From assembly GCA_041651455.1 (NCBI GenBank), contig JBAZJG010000004.1, forward strand, positions 8,848 to 72,847: a stretch of 64,000 bases of DNA, written 5' to 3'. The notes beneath the pieces were generated by a model. It saw only the letters and a program-made list of their open reading frames with translations, was not told the origin of the DNA and did no database searches. The position numbers and the translations under genes were made by a program. The stretch is from Candidatus Omnitrophota bacterium. GTDB taxonomy: Bacteria; Omnitrophota; Gorgyraeia; Pluralincolimonadales; Pluralincolimonadaceae. The stretch's first letter is position 1. Each line of letters opens with the position of its first letter. This document shows, in pieces, positions 28,901-38,009 of the stretch.

Positions 28901-30538
28901 CGGGTCGCTTCCGGAAGCCGACTGCGCGACCAGGCGGGTGCCGTCGGCTTTTTGCGCGTTATCCTTCAAATCCTTTATGAATTCGGCCCTCTCCTTCTGC
29001 CAGCTGCACTCGTTGCATGTGCTCCAGATGATTATCGACGGCCTGTTGTAATCGCGGTATATCATCTCGAGCCACATCTGCCTCGCGATGCCGCGCACAT
29101 TCTTCTGGATCACGAACTCGGGCCCGCCGAACCAGAATACCGGTATCTCTTCCCATACGAGCAGGCCCATCCTGTCGGCTATCGAGTACGCCTGCTGTTC
29201 GTTCGGGTAATGCGCGGTCCTGACGAAATTCGCGTTCGCTTCCTTGATGAGCCTGAAATCCTCGATGATCCTCGGGGTGCCGAATTCGCCCGGGCCGGGC
29301 TCTCCGTAGAATGCCTCATGCCTCGCGATGCCGCGCAGGAACACCTCTTTTCCGTTCAGCAGGACCTTCGGGCTGTCCTTGTCCACGCGGACTTCCCGGA
29401 CGCCGAACTGCGTATAAAGCTCGTCGAATTTCTTCTTCTTGTCTCCGAGGGTGACCTGCAGGACGTAGAGGTCCGGCGACTCCGGCGACCAGTGCTTCAG
29501 CGCGCCCGACTTCAGCGAGAAGCTGATCGCCCGCACCTCGCCCGGCTTCAGCGTTACCTCCTTCGACGCCTCGCCCTGGACGGGTATCGTCCTGCTCGAA
29601 GCGACCTTCTTGGCCGAAAGCTCGCCGATATTCTTGTCATTAATCCTGGCCGAAAGGACCCTGAGGCCCGCGGTTGCCGTCACTTCCTCTTCGCTGCGGT
29701 TATAAACGACCGCTTCGACGGACAGCTCGGAGTCCTTCTCGCCCGAAGGTTTCGAGCGGACATCCGCGCGCACGACCGATACGGCGGGCGATATCTCGAG
29801 ATATACGTTCCTCGTTATGCCACCGTAGTTCCACCAGTCGCCGGTAGCATACGGGATTATGTTATGGTCGTTGGTCGCCTGCGCTTCCTTCGAGGAGTCG
29901 CCGTTGGGGATCCACGGTATGTTGTCGACACGCACGGCTATGACGTTATCCTTGCCGTAATTCAGGTAAGGGCTGACATCGAACGCGAACGGCGTATATC
30001 CGCCTTCATGGCAGCCGACCCATTTGTCGTTGACCCAGACATCCGTAAAATAGTTCGCGGCCTCGAACATAAGCTTGACATATTTTCCGGCCGCGTCCGC
30101 GGGGACGGTGAAATGCCGCCTGTACCATGCGCCGTCCATATACCTGTCCGGGGCCGGGTTCTCGACTCCTGGTATGGCTTTCTCTTTCCACGCGGAGTCG
30201 TCGTATCCTGCGCCGTGCCTTCCGCCGCCTTCCTGCTCGACGAGCGTGACATTGTCCGGCGTCCTCTTATACAGCGTGAGCTTATGGTCGGCTTTCTGCC
30301 TCTGCGTCTTCCAGCTGCCGTTCAGGTCCACGTACGCACGTTCCTGCCTCTCCCACGACGGGAAAGGTATGCCGTTCTGGAACGGGACGTTGACGCCGTC
30401 GACCTGCTTTAGTTCGAATGTCGGGCCCTGCGTTATGTTTGCGGCGGCAGCCGCATCTTCCGCGAATACCGGCGCGGCAAACGCGATAAAAACGAAAAGG
30501 GCATAATACGTCAACGAGTTGAGGCGGTTTTTTAGCAT
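25952..30538 (-). CDS. Secreted multidomain glycoside hydrolase family 2 enzyme (beta-galactosidase/beta-mannosidase-like) with Ig-like repeats and a C-terminal beta-sandwich module
   Basis: 1528 aa with signal peptide. GH2 sugar-binding domain (WYRRHFTVP...WVNDKWVGCHEGGYTPFAFDVS), catalytic TIM barrel (NFVRTAHYPNEQ, WSTCNECS acid/base, STEYGIWS nucleophile), several Ig-like domains, and a C-terminal ~300 aa homologous to the three downstream standalone paralogs. Confidence 0.8.
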   Translation of the reverse strand: MLKNRLNSLTYYALFVFIAFAAPVFAEDAAAAANITQGPTFELKQVDGVNVPFQNGIPFPSWERQERAYVDLNGSWKTQRQKADHKLTLYKRTPDNVTLVEQEGGGRHGAGYDDSAWKEKAIPGVENPAPDRYMDGAWYRRHFTVPADAAGKYVKLMFEAANYFTDVWVNDKWVGCHEGGYTPFAFDVSPYLNYGKDNVIAVRVDNIPWIPNGDSSKEAQATNDHNIIPYATGDWWNYGGITRNVYLEISPAVSVVRADVRSKPSGEKDSELSVEAVVYNRSEEEVTATAGLRVLSARINDKNIGELSAKKVASSRTIPVQGEASKEVTLKPGEVRAISFSLKSGALKHWSPESPDLYVLQVTLGDKKKKFDELYTQFGVREVRVDKDSPKVLLNGKEVFLRGIARHEAFYGEPGPGEFGTPRIIEDFRLIKEANANFVRTAHYPNEQQAYSIADRMGLLVWEEIPVFWFGGPEFVIQKNVRGIARQMWLEMIYRDYNRPSIIIWSTCNECSWQKERAEFIKDLKDNAQKADGTRLVAQSASGSDPTDPTQKECDIIGFTTYYGIFYGSSYYSDTKEALEKTRKAFPGKPIMSTEYGIWSAYGDTPQEKVQIEVAKDTFAAFSELPYVTGSAWWTIADWHTMINEPQHMGLLTIDRKLQKPVYFQIQRQYAMLLGDLSVGLKEPKDEETVKGKLKISAEITGKEKPEFVDLIVEGKQLGRLSQKKGAYQMEFDTAKIEDGMRTLIVRAKSKKGYFVSDFVRVNVDNTDEPPLLGITLKDGDLVMGKVLLNVSASDDRADPAVTYSVDGAETVRMTSRVEGSFQAEWDASQLADGSEHEIKFLATDSGGQSAERKVKVKIDGKPGKYVDLPYDHDWISENGRYTDGTGWDYASEDLPASGSEFIYNGKDRVKFRFGDKSDGAKNTVECGKQKITFAPGYYGKVHILAAMHDGGARVPFLLNYTDGTQGKALAGFSDWWGANAVFGEDTAIKTSHHHEASGERKPGSGIYMQTIEPDSKKVLASIVLPSEPKLHIFAMTLEGEVSNDAIPEPSITAPQANSSVGDTVKVAVEDKENDIAKVEYSVDSGDWMPMKADGGAAGSYSAEWDTAKAQGINHTITVKATDKIGQINTKSIEVRVVNRVTIIFPFEGASIYKNATLMVEPRANREVEKIEYSVDNAEFTQMSASGMGLYTAEWNTEGYKAGSGHVLVVREYEKGGGVTIDTVKVTADSIKVMIAEPLKGHSIKVDKSIRDWKGEAPAQDNTATVNNGEFIWKDEKDDDTGNGRYTYPTNKAVSRGSDLREFRITWDEENLYMLIKCDRPGDFWAPYRVIGIDTDGAKGGKGGSTVLAYGDMDDVSPDRGSYGEIKVAPELACEFTVGIFNSYKGRIWGKDGKLIASKEAKPDDTPGFKVDDYGWSSVEVAIPWKLLGGAAPYGQTWRFVVGIGQQDNDVFREIEKDASEWRGGGGESSDMFGPDPDVFDLASPDRKTQEFELRSYDAQGEPGNPDGFAVIKKSYLVVTFSEEKPAK

Positions 30539-31557
30539 GATTGTCTCTTTATGAGCTCCGGTTTGATGGCAAGTGTCTGCGGTTCGAAATTTTCGTCGTT
30601 CATCGAGCGTATCGCGAGGTCGACAGCCTTCTCTCCCATCTCCTGCAGGGGCTGCCTTACAGTGGTAAGGCCAGGCTCGACGTATGCCGCTTCGAGCGTA
30701 TTGTCGAATCCCATGACGGAGATATCTTTCGGTATCGACAGGCCCTGCTCTTTTATCACGCGCATCGCGCCTATCGCCATATAATCGCTCGCCGCGAAGA
30801 CGGCCGTAGGCCGCTTCTTGAGGCCCAGGAGCTTCGGCATCTCGCGCTCGCCGCTCTCGAAGGTAAAATCGCCCTGCGCTATGAGCTCTTCGTCCTGGTC
30901 GAACCCGAATTTTTTCGAGAGGGACCTGTACGCCTGGAACCTCTCCGGGCCGTCAGCCGAGTTCGGGTTGCCGGCGATGAAACCGACCCGCTTGTGGCCC
31001 TGCGAGGCCAGATATTCGAGAGCCAGCCGCACGCCCTCGTAATTATCGACGCATACCGAGTTGACCTTCTCCTTGCCGAGGTATTTTGTCAGGAACGAGA
31101 AGTATATGCCGTTGTCGCGCAGGTCCTGGATGTCCTTGGAGATGTCCCTCGTGTAGTCGACGTTCATGATTATCATCAGGTCTATGAGCCATTTGCGGGA
31201 TATCTGGTAATACGACTCGCCTTTCGTCTGGTCGAGAGAGAAGAACATCAGCGCGCGGTTGTACTTCTTGCAGGCGTTCTGGATGCCTTCTATTATCATG
31301 AGGAAGTAGGTTATCGTGAAGAAGTGCGGGTTCTCGGGGAATACGACGCCTACCGTGGAGGATTTCTTGCTGATAAGGCTGCGCGCGACCATGTTCGGCA
31401 TATAGCCCATATCGTTGGCTATCTTGAGGATCTTCTCGCGAAGTTTCGGCGACACGTGTTCGCGGTCGTTCATAACAAGAGAGACCGTCGAGTGCGCTAC
31501 GCCCGCCTTTTTGGCTATGTCTTTTATTGTTATACTGGACTTTTCGAAACGTTTCAT
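30532..31557 (-). CDS. LacI-family transcriptional regulator
   Basis: HTH ITIKDIAKKAGVAHSTVSLVMN plus a sugar-binding core. Placed between the ABC importer and the GH2 gene. Confidence 0.85.
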   Translation of the reverse strand: MKRFEKSSITIKDIAKKAGVAHSTVSLVMNDREHVSPKLREKILKIANDMGYMPNMVARSLISKKSSTVGVVFPENPHFFTITYFLMIIEGIQNACKKYNRALMFFSLDQTKGESYYQISRKWLIDLMIIMNVDYTRDISKDIQDLRDNGIYFSFLTKYLGKEKVNSVCVDNYEGVRLALEYLASQGHKRVGFIAGNPNSADGPERFQAYRSLSKKFGFDQDEELIAQGDFTFESGEREMPKLLGLKKRPTAVFAASDYMAIGAMRVIKEQGLSIPKDISVMGFDNTLEAAYVEPGLTTVRQPLQEMGEKAVDLAIRSMNDENFEPQTLAIKPELIKRQSC

Positions 31558-31645
31558 GGCTTTTTGACCCTTCGATAAAGTTTACACGATGAACCCGGAT
31601 TTGTCAATGTTATCGGTAACAGTTAGCGCGTCCCTACGGGACGCG

Positions 31646-32527
31646 CTATGCTTTCAGGCCCGTAAGCGCGATGCCCTTTATGAAGTACTTTTGGAACGCT
31701 ACGAACACTATGAGGACGGGAAGCGTCGCTATTACCGCTCCGGCCATCACCATCGCGAAATTAGTGCCGAATTGCCCGTTCAGGACGGAGAGCGCGAGCG
31801 GTATCGTCCTCATCTTCGACGAATATATGACCACGAGCGGCCATACGAAGTTGTTCCACTGGCCCATGAACGTGAATATCGCCAGGGAAGCGAGCGCCGG
31901 CTGTATGAGCGGGAGTATGACCTTCCTGTATATCGTGAATTCGCTGCAGCCGTCTATCTTCGCGGCATCGATAAGGTCGTCGGGAATGTTCATTATGAAC
32001 TGCCTCATGAGGAATATGCCGAAAGCGCCCGACATCGCGGGTATGATTAGGCCGTAGAACGAGTTGAGCCAGCCGAACTTCTTGATTATGACGAAACTGG
32101 GTATCAGGTTGACCTGCCACGGTATCATCATCGAGCCGACCAGGAGCAGGAATAGCTTGTCGCGGCCGAAGAAGCGGTGTTTCGCGAAGGCGTAGCCGGC
32201 CAGCGAGCAGAAGAATATGTTCGCGAGCGTTATCGCGGACGTCACTATGAGGCTGTTCATGAAATACCTTCCCATCGGTATTATGCGGAACAGCTCGAGG
32301 TAGGCCGCGAACGTCGGTTTCCTGATGAAAAAGCTCGGCGGGTACGTGTTAATCTCGTCGAGCGGCTTGAACGAGGTGACTATCATCCAGACGAACGGCA
32401 CCACCATTATGAAGGACCCTATGGCGAGGAATATATAGACGAACGTCTTGAGCAGGCGCTGCTGCCTCGCCTTGCTGGAAGGCCTCGCCTCTTCACCGTT
32501 GAATTTTTTCATCTCTCTCATGTCCAT
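31646..32527 (-). CDS. Carbohydrate ABC transporter permease (MalG/UgpE-like)
   Basis: 293 aa, 6 TM; EAA loop DAAKIDGCSEFTIYRKVILPL. Confidence 0.85.
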   Translation of the reverse strand: MDMREMKKFNGEEARPSSKARQQRLLKTFVYIFLAIGSFIMVVPFVWMIVTSFKPLDEINTYPPSFFIRKPTFAAYLELFRIIPMGRYFMNSLIVTSAITLANIFFCSLAGYAFAKHRFFGRDKLFLLLVGSMMIPWQVNLIPSFVIIKKFGWLNSFYGLIIPAMSGAFGIFLMRQFIMNIPDDLIDAAKIDGCSEFTIYRKVILPLIQPALASLAIFTFMGQWNNFVWPLVVIYSSKMRTIPLALSVLNGQFGTNFAMVMAGAVIATLPVLIVFVAFQKYFIKGIALTGLKA

Positions 32528-32528
32528 A

Positions 32529-33431
32529 TCAGTACTCTATCTTCTTCTCGACTATCTTCATGTTGACTATCGTGACTATGAAAAGCACGAAAAAGATCAG
32601 GTATGCCAGCGCCGACGCGTACCCCATCGCGAACCTCTGGAAGCCGGTCTCGTAGAGGTATGCGACTATCGTGAGCGCGCAGTCGAGGGTCCCCCCCACC
32701 GCGCCCTCCGAGTTGTAGGTCATTATATAGACCTGCTCGAAGACCTGGAACGCGCTTATTATCGACATTATCGTGACGAAGAGCATCGTCGGCCTCAGCA
32801 GCGGCAGCGTCACGTTCCTGAACTTGTCCCAATCGCTCGCGCCGTCGACCTCCGCGGCCTCGTAGAAGACCTGCGGTATGCCCTGCAGGCCCGCGATGAA
32901 CAATATCATGTTATACCCTAACCCGCCCCAGACGCTCATGATTATTATTGACGGCAGCGTCCAGTCGATGCCGAGCCAATTGACCGGCGGGATCCCGACG
33001 GATGACAGGAAATGGTTAAAGAGCCCGTACTTCCCGCTCGCGTAAAGCCATTTCCAGATCACGGATACCGCTATTATGGAGGTTATGCTCGGGATGAAGA
33101 AGAACGTCTTGAACCAATTCTTGAACCTTATGTTCTGGTCTATCGCCATCGCGAGCAGCAGGGATATCGCTATGCTCGTCGGCACGGTACCGACGACGAA
33201 TATAACCGTATTCGTCATCGCTTTCCAGAACCGCGGGTCATGGAACAGTATGTTCGCGTAGTTCTGGAACCCGACGAACTTCGGCGGCTGCAATATGTTA
33301 TATTCGGTAAAGCTCCAATAGAGCGACGCGAACACAGGTATGATAAGGAAGACCGTAAAGAGCAAAAACGACGGCGCTATGAAAATATACGCCGGTTTCT
33401 GCTTATTGATCTCCCTAAGGACGCGGTTCAA
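32529..33431 (-). CDS. Carbohydrate ABC transporter permease (MalF/UgpA-like)
   Basis: 300 aa, 6 TM; EAA loop EAAEVDGASDWDKFRNVTLPL. Confidence 0.85.
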   Translation of the reverse strand: MNRVLREINKQKPAYIFIAPSFLLFTVFLIIPVFASLYWSFTEYNILQPPKFVGFQNYANILFHDPRFWKAMTNTVIFVVGTVPTSIAISLLLAMAIDQNIRFKNWFKTFFFIPSITSIIAVSVIWKWLYASGKYGLFNHFLSSVGIPPVNWLGIDWTLPSIIIMSVWGGLGYNMILFIAGLQGIPQVFYEAAEVDGASDWDKFRNVTLPLLRPTMLFVTIMSIISAFQVFEQVYIMTYNSEGAVGGTLDCALTIVAYLYETGFQRFAMGYASALAYLIFFVLFIVTIVNMKIVEKKIEY

Positions 33432-34672
33432 TGCTTCCTCCTGATGTCGAGCTCCCTGTCCGCCTCGGATAGGGCCGCCTTCACGTCCTTGCCCTTGAGC
33501 ACTATAAGCTGTATGGCGGTATCGATGAACCTCGTGCTGTCATCCCAGCCGAGTACCGACGGGGGGCCCTTGGAATCCATCGCCTGCTCCTTAAGCGGGC
33601 CCTTGAAGGATGCGTCCATCGGCATGATATCCCACGTCTTCATGTTCGGGGGCAGGTATGTATCGTGCGATTCGAGCGTCGCCTCATAAAGCTTTACCTG
33701 TATGTCCGCCCTCGAGAGGTACTTGATGAATTCCCAGGACTCGTCCTTCAATTTGGACATCGAGAATATCCCCATGACCCTGCCCCCGATGAACCCCGTG
33801 CGTTTTCCGGTCGGCCCGGCCGGAAGCGGCGCTATGGCCCATTTACCGTTAAGCTCCGGCGCGACATCCGCGAGGCTCTTCATCTTCCAGTTCCCGGATA
33901 TGAAGACAGGGTGGTCTCCTACCCTGAAACTCTGTTCGACGGGCTTGTTCTCGAGGGGCACCTGGTACTTCTTGTAAAGGTCGGTGAAGAATCTCATGGC
34001 GGCCGCGGCCTCCTCGGTATCGAGCGTGGCGGCGGTCCTGTCCTTATTATAGAAATCCCCGCCGTTCTGCCAGAGGTAGGGGCAGTAGCCTATCCACCCG
34101 AGCCCGCCCCAGTCGATTATCATCGATTTGCCGGAAACGTTGAGGTCTGAGAGCAGCGATGTCAGCTCTTTCCATGTCCGCGGCGGAGATTTTATCAGGT
34201 CGGACCTGTAGAACATTATATATTCGCTCATGTCGAACGGGACCGCGAATACGCTGTCATTGAAACGGATAGATTCCGCCAGCCCGGGGAATATGTTCTT
34301 GGATATCTGATCGAGATCTTCGGGGAACTCCTTGCGCAGGTCGACCATCGCGCCCAAACTGCCGAACTCCGTCCCCCATGTCAGCCCCATCGTGCCTATG
34401 TCCGGGGTTACCTCCCCGACTACGGAAGTGAGGTATTTCGAATGCGCCTCGCCCCACGAGATCGCCTCGCAGCTGACCCTGACGCCGGTCTCCCTGTAGA
34501 AATCGAGCCCGAGCTCGGTTATCTCCTGGGCCTGCTTCTCGGAGCCGACGAGCCACATCAATATCTCTTTTTCACCGGTCTTTTTCGCGCAGCCCGGAAG
34601 GGAGATCATGAGGAGGGCCGCCAACGGCAAAAGAAGGCGCCCTATATTTTTTACGGTCTTGTGGCCGCGCAT
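33428..34672 (-). CDS. ABC transporter extracellular solute-binding protein (family 1, sugar)
   Basis: 414 aa, signal peptide with lipobox LPGC. Size and composition typical of MalE-like sugar-binding proteins. Stop overlaps the permease start. No ATPase gene in the cluster (MsmK-type sharing presumed). Confidence 0.8.
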   Translation of the reverse strand: MRGHKTVKNIGRLLLPLAALLMISLPGCAKKTGEKEILMWLVGSEKQAQEITELGLDFYRETGVRVSCEAISWGEAHSKYLTSVVGEVTPDIGTMGLTWGTEFGSLGAMVDLRKEFPEDLDQISKNIFPGLAESIRFNDSVFAVPFDMSEYIMFYRSDLIKSPPRTWKELTSLLSDLNVSGKSMIIDWGGLGWIGYCPYLWQNGGDFYNKDRTAATLDTEEAAAAMRFFTDLYKKYQVPLENKPVEQSFRVGDHPVFISGNWKMKSLADVAPELNGKWAIAPLPAGPTGKRTGFIGGRVMGIFSMSKLKDESWEFIKYLSRADIQVKLYEATLESHDTYLPPNMKTWDIMPMDASFKGPLKEQAMDSKGPPSVLGWDDSTRFIDTAIQLIVLKGKDVKAALSEADRELDIRRKH

Positions 34673-34681
34673 GGTTTTATG

Positions 34682-35575
34682 TTAATTTCCTGCTGAGTAA
34701 AAGTCAAGCGAATTGACGAGCAGCTCCTGCATCACCATATTGAGCATATCCGCGGGCCTGTTGTCGGGCGACGGCGGCGCGCTGAAATCGACGCCGTTGT
34801 CCTTGCATAGCTTTTCCGTGTAGCGGACCCATAGTTTGCCTAGCGTATCGGCTATCATCATCTTGATGTTCTCCTGGGCCGCGTAATCCATCACGAGCAT
34901 CTTCGACCGGTAGTCCGCGTCGAAGTCGCTTATCTTCTTGACCCGCAGCTGGAAGTCCTCCGAGAACGCGTCCCATTCCGCCTTATTGAATTCCTTCTTT
35001 TGCGCGGCGTACTCATCGTTCAGAGCGGTGTACAGGGAACCGAGTTCCTTGAGTTCCGCGATGAGCGCGGCCCTGCGCTTTCCGGTCGTGACCTCGAAAT
35101 CCTCCTGGTTGCCGATCCTCAGTTCGGCCGATGCGACAAGATTGTCCGCTCCTGAGAGCTCCTGTTTGACCGCGCCACTCTCCTGCCTTTCGGGGATGCA
35201 TGCCACTTCGACCACGTAGATGCCCGGCGAGAATTTTTTGTTATCGAACGGCCCGAACCTTATCGCGAACTCGGGGCCTTCGACCGTCTGCTTGCGCGTT
35301 ACGAGCACCTGGTCGAGCGAACGGACCGACATATAAAGCACCGTCATGCGCGGCAGGTTCGTCTTGTACTTGACCAGCACCGCGTCGCCGTTCTCTAATC
35401 TCTTCGCCTGCGCGGTGACGCTGAGCTCGTATTTCGACGAAGCGGCCCTGCCGTATCCCTCCGCCTTCAGCTCGACATCGCGCGCGGGGCCGATAGTTAT
35501 CACTTCCGCCGCGGCAGGGATAAAGGCGCAGGCCGCGAAAAATACAGTTATGAATAATACGGGCGCGCGCTTCAT
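34682..35575 (-). CDS. Secreted hypothetical protein
   Basis: 297 aa with a signal peptide. Directly abuts the pseudopilin-like gene (0-nt gap) and the SBP gene (9-nt gap). No recognisable family. Confidence 0.4.
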   Translation of the reverse strand: MKRAPVLFITVFFAACAFIPAAAEVITIGPARDVELKAEGYGRAASSKYELSVTAQAKRLENGDAVLVKYKTNLPRMTVLYMSVRSLDQVLVTRKQTVEGPEFAIRFGPFDNKKFSPGIYVVEVACIPERQESGAVKQELSGADNLVASAELRIGNQEDFEVTTGKRRAALIAELKELGSLYTALNDEYAAQKKEFNKAEWDAFSEDFQLRVKKISDFDADYRSKMLVMDYAAQENIKMMIADTLGKLWVRYTEKLCKDNGVDFSAPPSPDNRPADMLNMVMQELLVNSLDFYSAGN

Positions 35576-37957
35576 TTATAACTCCCTCCAGTAAAGTATC
35601 TCGGCCCTGCTGAAATACGTTATCGTCACATCATCGAGGACCGGCGTATCGAAAAGACCGCTGCCGGTCTCTACGAAATACGTCCTGTACTGGACTGCGC
35701 CCGCGCCGGACGTCACTACGTTGAGCGGGTTGCCGGCCGGGTTCGACCTGCCCGGGCTGTTACCGAGCCAGGCCGCGCCGTCAAATATGTCGAACGTCAG
35801 GTCGGCGCCGGGGATGACAGGGTTTCCCGCGGCATCCGCCGTATGCTCCGTCCATGATACCGTCCCCAACCTCACGGTTCCTAGCGTATTGGATGAAGAT
35901 ATGAACTCCGCGTCGCCTACGTCGTAGTATACCCCTGCCGCGTAGTCCATGCCGGGGGATGTTGCGCCGCTCGAGGCGAATATCCTTATCTCCCCGTAAG
36001 TCGCGTTCGGCGGCTCCTGGTACGGCGTGTCGCAGCCGAACTCGAGCCCGTTATCCCCGAGGAACTGTTTCGGCGCGTCCTTTATGTTCCACGACATGAC
36101 GCTGGTGCCGTCGATATAGAACGTCTGGGCCCGCGCGGGGTCGTTCAGGAAATCCTCGTAATCCCACGTTATAGCGATATGGTGCCATGTCCCCGGCTTC
36201 CACGTGTTCGGCATATTTGCCTGCATCGTGTACTGCGTGCCGTTCTTGTTGTTTATCCTCCAGCGGATAGTGTCGTCATCGGCGGCTATATAGATGTCCA
36301 TCGAGGCGTTGCTCCAGTTGGACCCGCCGCCTCCCGTGCCCCTGTCCTGCGCCTCGAAGACCTTCGCGGAATGCCATGCGTTGTTGAAGGTCGCGTAATG
36401 GTACTGCCAGTTCGGTTTGAACCATATCTCGAGCGTGCCGTCGGCGGAGTCGATATTGCCTTCGGGACGGAACCAGTAGTTGGTAGTCGCGTCGTCCCTC
36501 GGGAAGAAGAGGCCGTCCGGGAAGATGTTGCCCGGGTCGGAAGCGTCGATCACGCTGGCAAGGTTCGGGTTCAGAGGTACCCATGCGAAACTTGTCCTCG
36601 CCGCGCTTCCGCCGGCGCTGTCGGCGTCGAGGCCGTCCATCTTGTGCAGGAAATGCGGGATGCCCGCCGAAGGCACGGCCGAACGCATCCTCGATATCAT
36701 AACCTGGCCGTCATAGGATGCGCCCGCGACCGCCGGCGGCTCCGGATACAGCTCTGTATTGCCCGGGGTCCCCAGCGCGAACTGCGCCTGGGTGGTCTGC
36801 CGCCATATGTCGAAGGTCTTCACGCAGGCCCTCATCCTCTTTACCGCGTTCTGCGTGCCGGCCGCGTTCCTCGCGGTCCCGGTCGATTCTATCTCGTAAT
36901 AACCGCCGGAATTGAACGAGAACTCCGTCGTATATACGGAAAGCGATGTCTTGTCGACCGCATACGGTACGCCGTTCGCATCGTATCCCGAGACGTCGTT
37001 GGGATTTCCTTTTGATACGTGTTTATAGCGCCAGGAGAAATTCGGGTTGAGGCCCATCATGTCCGTGTTCGGGTTCGCGTTGGCCATCGCGACGGCCGCG
37101 TCCCCGTCCGATATGTAACCGAGCGTCTCCGCTGTCAACAGCCGCGCCCATAACTGGTCGTATGTGGAATATGGCCTGCCGTTGACCAGGTGGTCCGCGA
37201 GCGATGCCGCTTCCGTGGATGTCATCGTATTGGCGCCGTTGCTTATACCGCTTAACACAGCGATAAGCACTTCCCTCCCTGCCGTGTTGACGTTGACCGG
37301 CGCCCTCGGGGACGCGGCGTAAGGGTGCGTTGTCGCCGAGACGTCGGGGTCTACATATGCATGCGTGGTTATGAAATCCGATATCGCGTCGTATTTTACC
37401 TGCGTAAAACCGGGTACCGTCTTTACCTCTTCGGCCGATGAATACCCTCCCGCCGGACGGTTGTCGAATATTGCCTGGCCGTCGGCCGCCGCGAGCCCGC
37501 ATGCCGCGGCGAGGTTCCCAAGCATATCCCTGAGGTTAGGGTTCGTGTCGTTTATGAAGATGCGCCCCGCGCAATCGGATATGTGCGTAACTGTATATCC
37601 GCTGTTGTCGCTTCCTATATTCGCCGAATACGGGTTTGCCCCTGACCATGTTTCCGTCGAGGAGTCGATCGCGTCGCTCGTGAAACCTTCCGCACCGTAA
37701 AGCAGTTCCGCGACCGCCCTGTTTATCCCGGCCTCCGCCAGGTATCTCGCCTTCACTGCCTGGACGGAATTCTTTGCGCCTTTATAATCCGCCGACATGT
37801 TTATCGCGAAGGATGTGCCGAGGAGGGTTATAAGCGCGAGGATGCCGACCGTCATTATAAGCGCCACGCCGCGTCGCGCGCTTCGCGCAGAAACAGCAAA
37901 GGGGGTGCTTAAAGCTATTTTCGGGTGAGGGAGCAAGCCTTTTTCGACTTTCCTCAT
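35576..37957 (-). CDS. GspK-like minor pseudopilin (type II secretion / type IV pilus-like) with C-terminal LamG/concanavalin-like lectin domain
   Basis: 793 aa. N-terminus RRGVALIMTVGILALITLLGTSFA is a GspK-style pseudopilin helix; internal VNVNTAGREVLIAVLSGIS matches the GspK helix-hairpin-helix motif. C-terminal region (TLEIWFKPNW...WHHIAITWDY...FYIDGTSV) is LamG-like. No other T2SS/T4P genes in the window. Confidence 0.5.
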   Translation of the reverse strand: MRKVEKGLLPHPKIALSTPFAVSARSARRGVALIMTVGILALITLLGTSFAINMSADYKGAKNSVQAVKARYLAEAGINRAVAELLYGAEGFTSDAIDSSTETWSGANPYSANIGSDNSGYTVTHISDCAGRIFINDTNPNLRDMLGNLAAACGLAAADGQAIFDNRPAGGYSSAEEVKTVPGFTQVKYDAISDFITTHAYVDPDVSATTHPYAASPRAPVNVNTAGREVLIAVLSGISNGANTMTSTEAASLADHLVNGRPYSTYDQLWARLLTAETLGYISDGDAAVAMANANPNTDMMGLNPNFSWRYKHVSKGNPNDVSGYDANGVPYAVDKTSLSVYTTEFSFNSGGYYEIESTGTARNAAGTQNAVKRMRACVKTFDIWRQTTQAQFALGTPGNTELYPEPPAVAGASYDGQVMISRMRSAVPSAGIPHFLHKMDGLDADSAGGSAARTSFAWVPLNPNLASVIDASDPGNIFPDGLFFPRDDATTNYWFRPEGNIDSADGTLEIWFKPNWQYHYATFNNAWHSAKVFEAQDRGTGGGGSNWSNASMDIYIAADDDTIRWRINNKNGTQYTMQANMPNTWKPGTWHHIAITWDYEDFLNDPARAQTFYIDGTSVMSWNIKDAPKQFLGDNGLEFGCDTPYQEPPNATYGEIRIFASSGATSPGMDYAAGVYYDVGDAEFISSSNTLGTVRLGTVSWTEHTADAAGNPVIPGADLTFDIFDGAAWLGNSPGRSNPAGNPLNVVTSGAGAVQYRTYFVETGSGLFDTPVLDDVTITYFSRAEILYWREL

Positions 37958-38009
37958 AGCTTTAATACCCCCTTTGCTGTTTTATACTCGCCTTGTTTTA
38001 TGCTGCCTG

